The position numbers were made by a program, and so were the translations under genes. A stretch of 63,819 nucleotides of DNA, the filler included. It is 9 parts of 9 records of this genome, joined end to end, with 100 filler letters (N's around TTAATTAATTAA, not from the genome) between each part and the next. Parts side by side here need not be neighbours in the genome. Positions count along the whole stretch, not along the records: positions 1 to 7,157 come from SRR31147125_50353; positions 7,258 to 19,207 come from SRR31147125_50396; 7 more parts are not named here. One strand, written 5' to 3'. Below are positions 1 through 11,015 of this stretch, piece by piece. The number at the start of each line of letters is the position of its first letter. The stretch's first letter is position 1. Under the pieces are notes generated by a model. That model was not told where the DNA came from, ran no database searches, and saw nothing but the letters and a program-made list of their open reading frames with translations.

Positions 1-35
1 GGGGGTGGGCCTACTATTCTCAGGGATGCGCCAAG

Positions 36-1994
36 TTGTTCCAGTTCATTGCCATGTGGTCCAGTGCTACGGATGAAAATCTATACGTGAGTATCCGGAA
101 AGAACAAGGTGACTGGGTTCGAAACCATTTATATTACCTTGTATATACATTTTTTCCTGATCAGAGTCCAGCGGATACAGCAGGTTTTAGCTTTACACCG
201 GATCAGGCTGGCGCCTATTTTACATTGCTCCAACTGACTTTCGCCTTCAAAGACTCCTTTGGGCTTGAAAATGTAAAGAGAAGACAGAAGGGCGGTTGGC
301 GATATGGTATATGGCCCTACCTTTACGAAGCGTCGGATCGGTTTTCGAAAAAAGATCGTGCAGCATTGCCTTTGTCAAAACTCTGGGGAAAAAATGGAGT
401 GGGCTACACCCAGTTTCGAAGTGGCTGGGATAAGAATGCCACCATCATTGAATTTAAATGCGGCGATTATTATTGGTCCCATCAGTTTCAGAACCAGAAT
501 TCATTTACCATATACCGGCGTGGGCGGCTTGCCATCCAAAGTGGGATCTATGATTCATATTTCGGAAAGCACATGCAGTCCTATTACCGCCCGTCCGTTA
601 GTTCCAATACCGTGCTTCTAATTCAGCCGGGGGAAACAAGGTGGTTGCCCGAAAATTTGGCGGATCGGTTTCATGTGCCGAATAAGAACGGATATTTTGA
701 TGCCTGGGGGGACAGCGAAACTGCTATATTGTTCCAGATTACGGCAGTGCGGAAACCTGCTTTACATGGGATAATTATTTATGGCGGAAAAGCCATGAGC
801 ATCATTTTGAAACAGGAGATATAAGGAATTATGAGACGGCCGATGCATATACCTATGTAAGCGGTGATGCAACCAACGCCTATAATAATCGGGAGTTCAC
901 GGTGGCGGGAAACAGACCCAAGATGGGGCGGTTTTTGAGAAGAATGTTGTTTGTTGACCGAAAATACCTAATCATTTCAGATCTTGTAAAATCCCTTGAC
1001 AGTCGATACCTTAAAAAATGGTTGCTCCATAGTATTGAAGAACCGCTCATTGAGTCCCTCCCCCTAAAAACAGCGGTGAAAAATCATCGGGAAACATATG
1101 AAGCCGGTGTGGTGAAAATAAAAGCTGGCGATGGACAGCTTTTTTGCCAAACGCTCTTTGCTGGCGACTTTCGTGTTGAAAAAATCGGTGGTAAAGCCGA
1201 GATTTCAAGAATTTTGACCGGATCATCCAACCAGGGGAATGCTGCCCTTTCAGGTTTTTTAGAACCGAGATACCATCGTATCAGCGACACCATTGCCACG
1301 GATAAGGCTCTTGAAGAGTCATGGCTGATTCAGTTTTTGGACAATGAGCAGTTCGCCGTGCAGGGAAGTGTCACAGGTAAGGATGGGGTGGGATCCATTA
1401 AAAAACGGTATTTTCTGTCAGGAAGCCAGTCTTTGTTGATTCCTGCAAATAATTGGTCTGGCATCCCTGTCAAAGGAGATATATTTCGGTTTGACGTCAT
1501 TGCTCATTCCCATCGCTTCTGGGTCAATGATAGGAATTATGCTCCAAGTATCAAAAAGATGCTGACGATTTTTAAGGACGGTTCTAGGATTCAGCCTGGG
1601 GGCTGGAGGGTTGAAGTCTATCCTAAAAAACAACAAGAAATGGATGATTTTCTTCATTTTTTGTATCCGTGTGATTCAAACACAAAAGATTTCCCCAAGG
1701 TTAGCTCACTTCAAGACTCTGGAGGTCTAATGAAAGGACTGGTCGTTGAAGGATGGGCTGTTTTATTTCCCAGAGGAAAAGTCAAAGCTCCGGAAAAGTT
1801 TTCTTATTCATTGTCAAAAAAGAAGGAAATCTCGCATATAGTGGCTGGTATGAAGCCCGGGGCCTTGTATGAAGTTCTGCATTCTTCTCAGAGCGGGCAG
1901 GAGAAAAAACGGGTCAAACGTGTTGAAGAAGCCTCTGCCGGGGGATTCTTTTTTCGACAAAAGGCGTCCAGCGCATTGAAATCCGTTCTTTATA
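36..1994 (+). CDS. Heparinase II/III-like polysaccharide lyase, 5'-partial, frameshifted twice
   Basis: Motifs FRSGW, FKCGDYYWSHQ..NSFTIYRRGRLAI, KWLLHSIEEP and WRVEVYP. ORF 36..824 joins ORF 902.. through an indel in the G-run at ~706-711, restoring WGGQR...YVSGDATNAY. A second indel at ~1940-1950 probably gives the true end ...QRIEIRSL* at 1994. Confidence 0.7.
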
Positions 1995-1999
1995 ACAGC

Positions 2000-3190
2000 C
2001 ATGGGCTGATCTGGAATTTTATCCTGGTCTACCGAGGGTTTTTTATAAAAAATCTCCAGATTTCAGCGTCTGTCTTGCTCTTGGTTGTTTTTTTTGCAAC
2101 TGAAAATCTATGTGCTTGGCAAGTTGAACAGATACAAAAAGGTCGGGATCGTCATAAACTGTCTTTTATTTTTATACCATCAGGTTTCAGCACTGATATG
2201 GCAGATCTCTTTGAGAAGGAAGTGGCAGCCAATTTGAAAAAAATGTGGCAGAATAATTTTTTTGCCTCTCATAAGCAAAGATTTGATATTTTTAGGGTCG
2301 ATGACCAGTACGATGCTTTTGGAATGAAAAGCCCAGAGCAGATTTTAGCGTTGATTGATGAGTACGGCAATTGCCGCATGGAGCAAGCCCGTACCTGTCA
2401 AACGGTTTATATTGTAGTTCAAAATAAACCTGGCGGCGGACAGACCTATGTTAACTACGTTCAGTTGGGGCGTGATGCCAAAAGAGTGTTTACTCTTGCC
2501 CATGAGTTGTCAGTTCATGTCTTGGGCAATCTGCATATGTTTAATGGCCCGATTATGAAAGACGAATATCTGTCAGAAAGCAATTGTAAAATTGAGAACT
2601 ATACATACACCATTGCCAATGCCCATGATATATGCAGCAATGAAAAGTGGGCAGATTTGGTCCAGAAGACTCCTTTCAAAGGAGCAGCATATTGTCCCCA
2701 GTTTTTTCGGCCAACAGAGCGTTCTATTGCCAGGGGCTCCAATAACCGGTATTGCTGCCCGATTGGATACAAAGCCGCACGCATCGGGTTGGCAAAAAGA
2801 ACACACGACGGTTCCAGGTACGATGATTTAAAAAAACCGACGGTCAATATATTTGCCACCAAAACGGGCTTTGTTTCCAGTATTGTCGAAATAGAAGTAA
2901 ATGCATCGGATCTTTCCGGAATTGATCGTGTTGAATTATATGCATCCATTGATCATCGGGAATACCGCTCTGTTGGTATTGATAGAAAAAATCCGGCCTA
3001 TTTTCGGATGAATTTGGATAAACTTGGCGGTAAAGAAATATGGTTTAGGGTATACGTATATGACGGGTCGTGGAATTACTGGGGTTTCCCGGATCCAGAA
3101 AGTCAGTTTGGACCGTATCACTTGAAAAGGCAGGATAATTGTGAGAAATCATGGTCGATTCGAAATTTTAAACTGGAATCCAGAAGATAG
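2000..3190 (+). CDS. Secreted M64 (IgA peptidase)-like metallopeptidase with C-terminal Ig-like domain; start uncertain
   Basis: Signal-like SVLLLVVFFATENLCA; FIFIPSGF..FF..HKQRFDIFRV; AHELSVH...DEY; KGAAYC..FFRPTERSI; Ig-like KPTVNI..VNASDLSGIDRVELY. Fused to the lyase in the ORF track, probably by a sequencing indel. Confidence 0.55.
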   Translation, partial: HGLIWNFILVYRGFFIKNLQISASVLLLVVFFATENLCAWQVEQIQKGRDRHKLSFIFIPSGFSTDMADLFEKEVAANLKKMWQNNFFASHKQRFDIFRVDDQYDAFGMKSPEQILALIDEYGNCRMEQARTCQTVYIVVQNKPGGGQTYVNYVQLGRDAKRVFTLAHELSVHVLGNLHMFNGPIMKDEYLSESNCKIENYTYTIANAHDICSNEKWADLVQKTPFKGAAYCPQFFRPTERSIARGSNNRYCCPIGYKAARIGLAKRTHDGSRYDDLKKPTVNIFATKTGFVSSIVEIEVNASDLSGIDRVELYASIDHREYRSVGIDRKNPAYFRMNLDKLGGKEIWFRVYVYDGSWNYWGFPDPESQFGPYHLKRQDNCEKSWSIRNFKLESRR

Positions 3191-3193
3191 GGA

Positions 3194-4509
3194 TTGAAGG
3201 GTTTGGCGCTTAAAGCGATAGCATTCATCCTGGTAACACTGACAGTCATGGGCGGGAGCGTTCTTTTTCATCCTTTTCTAGGACTATGCGGCTATATCAT
3301 GTCATACAATCTCAACCCAATGGGCTTTTGGTGGGGAAGAGAGTTGCCCGAAATTTTTCATCGTTATTCACTTGTTTTTTCCCTAAGCTGTTTTGCCGGT
3401 ATCGTTATCCATTGGGGTAAATTACGATACAGGAAAATATTGGAATCTCAGGAAATTTTATATCTGCTTTTGGTGCTTATCATTTGGGGGTCTGTGCTAA
3501 CCGGTATCCAGACTCCGAGCCTTGGGGCAAATGCCATGAAAATGACTAAAATGGCGATTATACTTCTTATGGCCTCCCACCTGATTACCAATATGCGGTT
3601 TTACAAGACCGTTGTCTGGGTTTATATCATTGCCGCTTTCTACAGCGGATTTGAGATTTTCAGCGCTGACTATCTGTCCTATCGGGGAGGGAGGTTGGAC
3701 GTAGGAATCGGTGGTTCCGATTTTGTGGAAGGCAATTTCCTGGCTGCCCATTATCTGATGGTACTGCCCTGGATTGGTATCTTTTTTTTGAACGGAAAGT
3801 GGAAGTCCAAAATTATTTGCCTTTTTTCTGCAGCTTTCATCACTAATACACTAATTATTATTGAATCACGTGCTTCCTTTCTGGCATTGACTGCCGGAAC
3901 TGTTTTTGTCATTATCAGTGCCGGACAACGACTCAGGAAAAAAATTTTTCCGTTGATATGCATTGGTCTCATCGGTTTTTTTTCCTATCGGATGCAACAT
4001 TCTGGGAGCGAATGAAGTCAATCGACACCCGGAAAGATACTATGGATCAGTCCTCAGTAGGTAGAGTTGAGGCTTGGACTGCGGCGATGCAGATGTTTCA
4101 AGAATATCCCTTTGGAGTCGGGGAAGGAAATTTTAAAATGATGATCGGCAGATACAACCCCGATGCCGAGGGGCGAGATACGCACAATACTTTTTTTAGA
4201 TGCCTTGCTGAGCTTGGCATACAGGGTGTGATGGTTTTATCTTTGATGGTTGTTAACGCTTTTAGGATGTTAATAAAAATAGAAAAATCGATTGAACCGA
4301 AAAATCTCATGGGATATGAATACAGCGCACAGATTCTTGCTCTAAAAATTGCATTGATCATGTATCTGGTAACAACCTGTTTCTTGACTCATACTTACGT
4401 AGAGGAATTTTACTGGCTTCTTATGTTCCCCTTGTTTTTAAAACGGAGTTATGAAAATGAAATTTTGGAAAACCATCAGGGGGCGGAATCGGATCAAAAC
4501 TATGCTTGA
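3194..4509 (+). CDS. O-antigen ligase/Wzy_C-family membrane protein (exosortase-associated type), frameshifted
   Basis: Multiple TM segments, SRASFLAL, GRVEAW..PFGVGEGNF, DTHNTFFRCLAELG. ORFs 3194..4015 and 3958..4509 join at the T-run ~3976-3983. Confidence 0.8.
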
Positions 4510-4548
4510 CTTGATTGCACACCTGAAATATGAGGTGCAGAAAATATA

Positions 4549-6221
4549 ATGAGCACAAAAAAAAAACAGACATTCAGAGCTAATCCTTCAATTACCTTTA
4601 AAGATGTTTTTTATGTAATGGTGGTTTTTCTGATTGCGATTTTGCTCAGGCTGTTGCTTCAGTCTGGGATCGAGGGCTCGGACGATGTTGTATATCTTTC
4701 CAAGGCATTTGAAATTAGTCAAAATCAGCATACCGTGCCCAGCTATGTTTCACATTTGAGAATTGGGTTTTTAATCCCCATCGCAGCTTTTTTTAAGATG
4801 TTTGGTGCGAATTCTTTTACCTTTTACCTCTGGCCATTATTGGTTTCCATTACTCACCTGATGGTCATCTTCTTGATATCAAGATTGCTGTTCAATAATC
4901 GGGCAGCATTGTTCATAGTGCTGATCGCTTCCTTTTTTCCTCTAGACATGCACCTGGCCGGACGTGCGATTGCCGATGTTCCGTTGAGCGCATCTTTGAG
5001 TTTGAGTGTGCTCTTCTATCTTTTGGCTGACCGCACCTCGGAAGGATGGGGCCAAAGATCTTATTATTTCTTATCCGGTCTTTTTGTAGGGATTGCTGTC
5101 ATTCATAAAGTTCCGGGAATATTTATTGTTCTGTTTTTTGCGATTCATTTTATCTATAAAAGAAAGCCGTTGAAAAATATTTTGTATATGGCGTCCGGCG
5201 GAATTCTAATTTTTATTTTAACCAGCCTTTACTTTTATTTCATCACTGACAATCCGCTGTACTATTTTCAGATACGGACAGGGTATAGGCCTTTTGGAAA
5301 AGCGGTTGCCGAATCCGGAGGCGGACGCTATTCCATGCCGCTGTTCTTTTATCCTTATTATTTTTTCGTGAGTATTCAGCATATCGGACTCTATTTTTAT
5401 GCGGCGTTCTACGGACTGGTTCTATATTTTTTTAAAGGAGAAAGACAATTCCGGCAGGGGATCTGGTTTGTTTTGCTCTGGTTTCTGACCATGCTGCTGA
5501 TCATGACGTTTCTTCCGGTGAAACTGCATCCCCTTCAGTTTATTCCTAAGCAGACTAATTATATGATGATGTTTACCACGCCGGTTATAATTCTGGCGGG
5601 TTTGTTCATATATAGAATAAACAGTGAGAAATTAAAATATTTCATCCTTGCAGTCTTCTTCACGTCAAGTCTCTTTTTCGCTTTTTTTCAGAAAAACACT
5701 ATAGAAAGCCATGCGTACAATTCCAGACAGGCGATTAACGAGATTGTAAAGTATCCTGGCAAAACGGTTTTCGCCGGAGAATACAGCACTCATTATTTCA
5801 GAGCACATAACCTTAAAAAAAGAATCCCATTACGTACCATTTTTTTGATGAACTTTTTTTTGAAAATATTAATAAAGCAGCTTATCGTAGGCCCTCTCCT
5901 CCGGAAAGTTTGAATGAAAAATTCATTGAAGAAATCAAAAATAGAAATGAGCTGCTTGTCGTTTTAGATACCCGGCTGGCAAAAAGGCAAAAAAACAAAT
6001 ACTATTACCCAACGCAAGATCTTTTGCATCGCCCTGAAACTGGGTTGACGCTGATAAAAAAAATCAAAAGGCAGGGGGGCTGCCGGCTGGTGATGGAGAT
6101 CATGGAAAAAATAGCTGGAGTCATTCGGAATTCAGGACTGCCCAAAAAATTTAAAAAGAAGTTTGCGTCTCTTTTCGAAGAGGTCTTCAATCCCGATCCC
6201 ACATACATTTATATTAAGTAA
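4549..6221 (+). CDS. GT-C (ArnT/PMT, GT39/83-like) glycosyltransferase, frameshifted
   Basis: Acidic pair SDDVVY after the first TM helix and many TM helices. An indel in the A-run ~5815-5821 joins 4549..5913 to 5910..6221. Confidence 0.7.
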
Positions 6222-6232
6222 GGATTGACATA

Positions 6233-7135
6233 ATGAAGGGAATCATTTTGGCAGGCGGGTCAGGAACAAGACTGTATCCCATTACCAACGTGGTAAGTAA
6301 ACAGCTTTTGCCGGTGTACGACAAACCCATGATTTACTATCCTTTGTCTGTGTTGATGCTCGCAGGGATTCGGGAAATATTGATCATATCAACTCCAAAA
6401 GATCTACCTAATTTCAAAGCGTTGCTGAAAGACGGATCTCAATTGGGAATTCACCTTTCGTATGCTGAGCAGCCAAAGCCGGAAGGGTTAGCTCAGGCTT
6501 TCATTATCGGCGAGTCATTCATCGGTCAGGAGCCAGTGTGTTTGATTCTTGGGGACAATTTGTTCTACGGCCAAGGCTTCCAGCGTGCCCTTCTTGATGC
6601 AGCTCAATTGCAAGAAGGTGCTCGAATCTTTGGGTATTGGGTGAATGATCCGGAACGGTATGGCATAGTCGAGTTTGATGAGCATCTCAACGTCATCGGA
6701 CTTGAGGAAAAACCGGAAATGCCAAGAACCAATTATGCCGTGCCGGGTCTTTATTTCTACGACAATGCCGTCATTGACATTGCAAATCAAATTACTCCCT
6801 CCCGCCGTGGGGAGTTGGAAATCACGGATGTTAACAAAGAGTACCTTAAGCGGGGAAAAATCAAAGTGAAACTTCTGGGGCGAGGGATGGCTTGGCTTGA
6901 CACCGGGACCCAGGAATCGTTACTGGAAGCCAGTGAGTTTGTAGCCACAATGGAAAAACGTCAAGGATTAAAAATTGCCTGCTTGGAAGAAGTTGCGTTC
7001 AGAATGGGATACATAGATGAAGAGAATGTTCTTCAAATTGCTGCTAAACTGAAAAGTAGTAATTATGGGAAATATTTGTTTGCAATGCTCCAACACAGGG
7101 TGAGGGGAAGCGTTCCCCCTCAATTAAACAAGTGA
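6233..7135 (+). CDS. rfbA: Glucose-1-phosphate thymidylyltransferase
   Basis: [48 protein letters not shown]. Confidence 0.97.
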   Translation: MKGIILAGGSGTRLYPITNVVSKQLLPVYDKPMIYYPLSVLMLAGIREILIISTPKDLPNFKALLKDGSQLGIHLSYAEQPKPEGLAQAFIIGESFIGQEPVCLILGDNLFYGQGFQRALLDAAQLQEGARIFGYWVNDPERYGIVEFDEHLNVIGLEEKPEMPRTNYAVPGLYFYDNAVIDIANQITPSRRGELEITDVNKEYLKRGKIKVKLLGRGMAWLDTGTQESLLEASEFVATMEKRQGLKIACLEEVAFRMGYIDEENVLQIAAKLKSSNYGKYLFAMLQHRVRGSVPPQLNK

Positions 7136-7157
7136 TATTTCTTTCAGTAAGAAAAAA

Positions 7158-7257
7158 NNNNNNNNNNNNNNNNNNNNNNNNNNNNNNNNNNNNNNNNNNN
7201 NTTAATTAATTAANNNNNNNNNNNNNNNNNNNNNNNNNNNNNNNNNNNNNNNNNNNN
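7158..7257. other. Artificial contig linker
   Basis: 44 N + TTAATTAATTAA (stops in all six frames) + 44 N. Confidence 0.99.
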
Positions 7258-9478
7258 CCCCCTTGAGATTGAAGCTGAATCTTCCCGGCTTGTACCCGCG
7301 CGCGCGCGATTCCGGAAGACGGGCAAACAGCTCTCGGATCGGCGTAAAAACTCCCGCGTAGGTGGCTGGATTCGAACGCGGTGTCCGGCCGATCGGGCTC
7401 TGATCGATATCGATGATCTTGTCTATATGCTCGAGGCCGCTCAACCCGGTTCCCCGCTGCTTGATAGAGTCACGTTTCGCGGACTTTCCGGCCTTGGCGA
7501 GTTTGAACAGAGTCTCCATAATCAGGCTGCTCTTCCCGGAACCCGAGACACCGGTTACCGTCGTCATGACCCCGAGCGGAACGGATACCTTCACGTTCTT
7601 CAGGTTATTCGCCTGCGCACCAGTTATCTTCAGCGAGCTGGCACCGCGTTTTTTTACTTTGCGCCTGAGCACCGGAATCTCGATGCTCTTTCTGCCGGCG
7701 AGATAGGCCCCCGTTTCCGATTCCTCTTGATCCAGCAGGTCTGGAACTTCACCGCTGAACACTACCCTGCCGCCATGTACACCCGCCCCTACCCCCATAT
7801 CGAGAACGTGGTCGGCGGCCAGGATGGTATCGGTGTCGTGCTCGACGACGATGACCGTATTACCGAGGTCCCTGAGTTCCATCAGCGTATTGATCAGTTT
7901 CTGGTTGTCGCGCTGATGCAGGCCGATACTCGGCTCGTCGAGGATATAGAGCACCCCGGCCAGACGCGAGCCGATCTGGGAGGCCAGTCTGATGCGCTGG
8001 GCTTCACCGCCCGACAGAGTTCCGGATTTTCTGGCCAGCGTCAGATACCCCAGTCCGACGTCTTCCAGAAAGGATAGACGGTCGACGATCTCCTTCAGGA
8101 CCGGCTCACCGATCGTCCGTTCACGCTCGTTGAAGGGAAGGATGGGCAGGTCGGCCAGGAGCCCCTCCACCGACATGGTCGTCAGGTCATGGATATTGTG
8201 CGGCCCGATACGTACCGCCAGTGCTTCCGGCTTCAGCCGTGCACCTTTGCAGACCGGGCAGACCTGCTCGTTCATGTAGCGGGCCAGCTCATCGCGTATC
8301 ATCGCCGACTGCGTTTCATGATACCTGCGGTCAAGCTGCGGGATAACTCCCTCAAAGCTTTTCACCGCAGTCATTACACGCTTGCCTTTCTGGTAGTAAA
8401 ACTCGATCTCATCGCGTCCGGAACCATAGAGAATGATATTCCGGTGTTTCTCCGACAACCGCCCAAACGGGGTCTTCAGCGAAAACCCGTAATGCTTGGC
8501 GACGGCGGCCAGCAGCTGGCCGGTATAGGTCGATTCATTGCGCCAGCCCCACGGTGCAATCGCCCCGTCAATAACCGACAGGGAATGATCGGGAACGATC
8601 AGCCCCTCATCGAAGAACTGCTTGACCCCGAGGCCCCCACACTCCGCACAGGCTCCCTGGGGATTGTTGAAGGAGAAAAGCTGGGTTGACAACGGCGGCA
8701 TCGAGATACCGCAATCGTGGCACGCGGCAAACTCGCTGAACAGCTGCTCCCGGTCACTGTCGGGAAAGCAGGCCAGAAGGAAACCATTGGTCACCTTCAC
8801 CGCGGTACTGATCGAATCTGCCAGCCGTCTCCTCACCGATTGTTTCACCATCAGCCGATCAACGACAATCTCTATCGTATGCTTCTTGTTCTTGTCCAGT
8901 TCCTCAACATCATCGGCATGCAGGATGTCGCCATCGACCCGCACCCGCACAAAGCCCTCCTTCCGGATACGGGCAAGCAACTGCTCATGCCGTCCTTTCC
9001 GGTCGGAGACCATCGGTGCCAGCAGGATGACCTTGGATCCCTCCGGTTCACCGAGGAGAATATTCACCATGTCCTCGATGGATTGTGAACGGATCTCCTT
9101 GCCGCACGCGGGACAGCACGGCCGGCCGCAGCGTGCAAAGAGCAACCTGAGATGATCATAGATCTCGGTCACTGTACCGACAGTGGACCGGGGATTTTTA
9201 CTGGTGGTTTTCTGCTCGATCGACACTGCCGGAGACAACCCTTCCAGCGAGTCGACCTCGGGCTTGTCCATCTGACCGAGGAACTGGCGGGCATAGGTTG
9301 ACAGCGATTCAACATAGCGTCGCTGCCCCTCGGCATACAGCGTATCGAACGCTAGTGTCGACTTGCCCGATCCCGACAGGCCGGTAAACACAACCAGGGC
9401 GTTTCTCGGCAGATCTACGTCGATGTTCTTCAGGTTGTGCATCCGTGCTCCACGGACGCGGATTGTCTGCGGTTCCAT
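7258..9478 (-). CDS. uvrA: Excinuclease ABC subunit A, 3'-truncated by contig end
   Basis: GARMHNLKNI, GLSGSGKS, Zn fingers, LSGGEAQRIRLA, second Walker A GVSGSGKSS, SPIGRTPRSNPATY. Confidence 0.97.
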
Positions 9479-9486
9479 TGTCGCCG

Positions 9487-9909
9487 TCACCCGTTGATAA
9501 ACTGTGCGTGGTCAATCTTGATGCAGCGATCCATGACCACCTGTAACCCGCCCCGTTCGGCCGCTTCAGCAGCCTCTTCATTCACCACACCCTGCTGCAT
9601 CCAGACGGTGTCGGCGCCGGCAGCCACCGCCTGCTCAACGATGGGTCCCACATCTTCTGATCTCCTGAAGATGTCGACAATATCTATCTTCCGAGGTATC
9701 GACGCGAGGTCGGGATAGCAGGTGCGACCGAGGATCTCATCGTGCCCAGGATTCACCGGAATAACCTCGAACCCCTGACCTATCAGGTAAGCGGCGACCA
9801 TATTGCTGGGCCGTTCGGGCCTAGGGGACAATCCCACCACCGCAATCGTTCTGGCCGCCTTGAGGAGCGTGGTGATCCGCTCGTCAGCACCACCGTTATC
9901 AATCATCAT
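9487..9909 (-). CDS. CoA-binding protein (YccU-like)
   Basis: IAVVGLSPRPERPS, VIPVNP, IDIVDIFRRS, VWMQQG, VMDRC. Confidence 0.9.
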   Translation of the reverse strand: MMIDNGGADERITTLLKAARTIAVVGLSPRPERPSNMVAAYLIGQGFEVIPVNPGHDEILGRTCYPDLASIPRKIDIVDIFRRSEDVGPIVEQAVAAGADTVWMQQGVVNEEAAEAAERGGLQVVMDRCIKIDHAQFING

Positions 9910-10081
9910 ATGTCACCGTAAATCAGGTTATTTTTTACTATTTGAGCCAGCAAAATATAATGGAGATCGGCTGGACAAAAGTCAAGATAACAATTATAAC
10001 CAGACTTTTAACAAACCTTAAAAAACAGGCTTCATACCGGACTGGTATGGGCCCCCACGATACTATGATGAAGGAGCTAAC

Positions 10082-10960
10082 ATGAATTTCCAGGATATAA
10101 TTTTCGAACTGGATACCTATTGGGCCGAACAGGGCTGCATCATTCAACAACCGTACGACATGGAAGTCGGGGCCGGGACCTTCCATCCGGCCACACTGCT
10201 GCGGGCGCTGGGACCGGAACCGTGGAAAGCGGCCTATCCGCAGCCGTCGCGCCGGCCGACCGACGGTCGTTATGGTGACAACCCGAACCGTCTGCAGCAT
10301 TACTACCAGTACCAGGTGGTGATCAAGCCTTCACCGCTCGATGTGCAGGAGCTCTACCTGGAAAGCCTCAAACGGTTCGGGCTCAACCTCATGGAACACG
10401 ACATCAGGTTCGTTGAAGATGACTGGGAATCCCCCACCCTTGGAGCCTGGGGGCTCGGCTGGGAGGTCTGGCTTGACGGGATGGAAATCACCCAGTTCAC
10501 CTACTTTCAGCAAGCCGGCTCGATAGATCTGCACCCAATAACCGCAGAGATAACCTACGGTCTCGAGCGAATCGCGATGTACCTGCAGGAGGTGGACAGC
10601 GTCTACGACATTTCCTGGAACGACGAGATCAAATATGGAGACATTTTCCACCAGGCCGAGGTCGAATTTTCCACGTTCAACTTCGAAGAGGCTAATGTGG
10701 AAGAAATGATTCAGTATTTCAATTCATACGAAGCGGAGGCCCGGAAGCTGATCGAGAAGGGACTGGTCCTTCCTGCCTACGATTACTGCCTGAAATGCTC
10801 ACACGTGTTCAATCTGCTCGACGCCAGAAAAGCAATCAGCGTCTCCGAACGAACCAGGTACATCGGACGGATCAGGAACATTGTAAGGCTCGTTGCTGAG
10901 ACCTATGTCGCTCAGCGCGAGAGCATGGGACATCCCCTGCTCAAATCGGAAACGGTGTAA
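10082..10960 (+). CDS. glyQ: Glycine--tRNA ligase alpha subunit
   Basis: [50 protein letters not shown]. Confidence 0.98.
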   Translation: MNFQDIIFELDTYWAEQGCIIQQPYDMEVGAGTFHPATLLRALGPEPWKAAYPQPSRRPTDGRYGDNPNRLQHYYQYQVVIKPSPLDVQELYLESLKRFGLNLMEHDIRFVEDDWESPTLGAWGLGWEVWLDGMEITQFTYFQQAGSIDLHPITAEITYGLERIAMYLQEVDSVYDISWNDEIKYGDIFHQAEVEFSTFNFEEANVEEMIQYFNSYEAEARKLIEKGLVLPAYDYCLKCSHVFNLLDARKAISVSERTRYIGRIRNIVRLVAETYVAQRESMGHPLLKSETV

Positions 10961-11015
10961 AAGGTGAAGAGGCCGATCACCATCGCCTTAAATTCATCTC
11001 CACAAGAGGTGCCCG

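Noticed and set aside
902-3190. 762-aa lyase-peptidase fusion in the ORF track
   Set aside because: An internal signal peptide and an alternative-frame stop at 1994 after G/T runs point to two genes merged by an indel
7158-7257. Recurring TTAATTAATTAA as a biological repeat
   Set aside because: Always embedded in N-runs of fixed length; it is a synthetic six-frame stop linker
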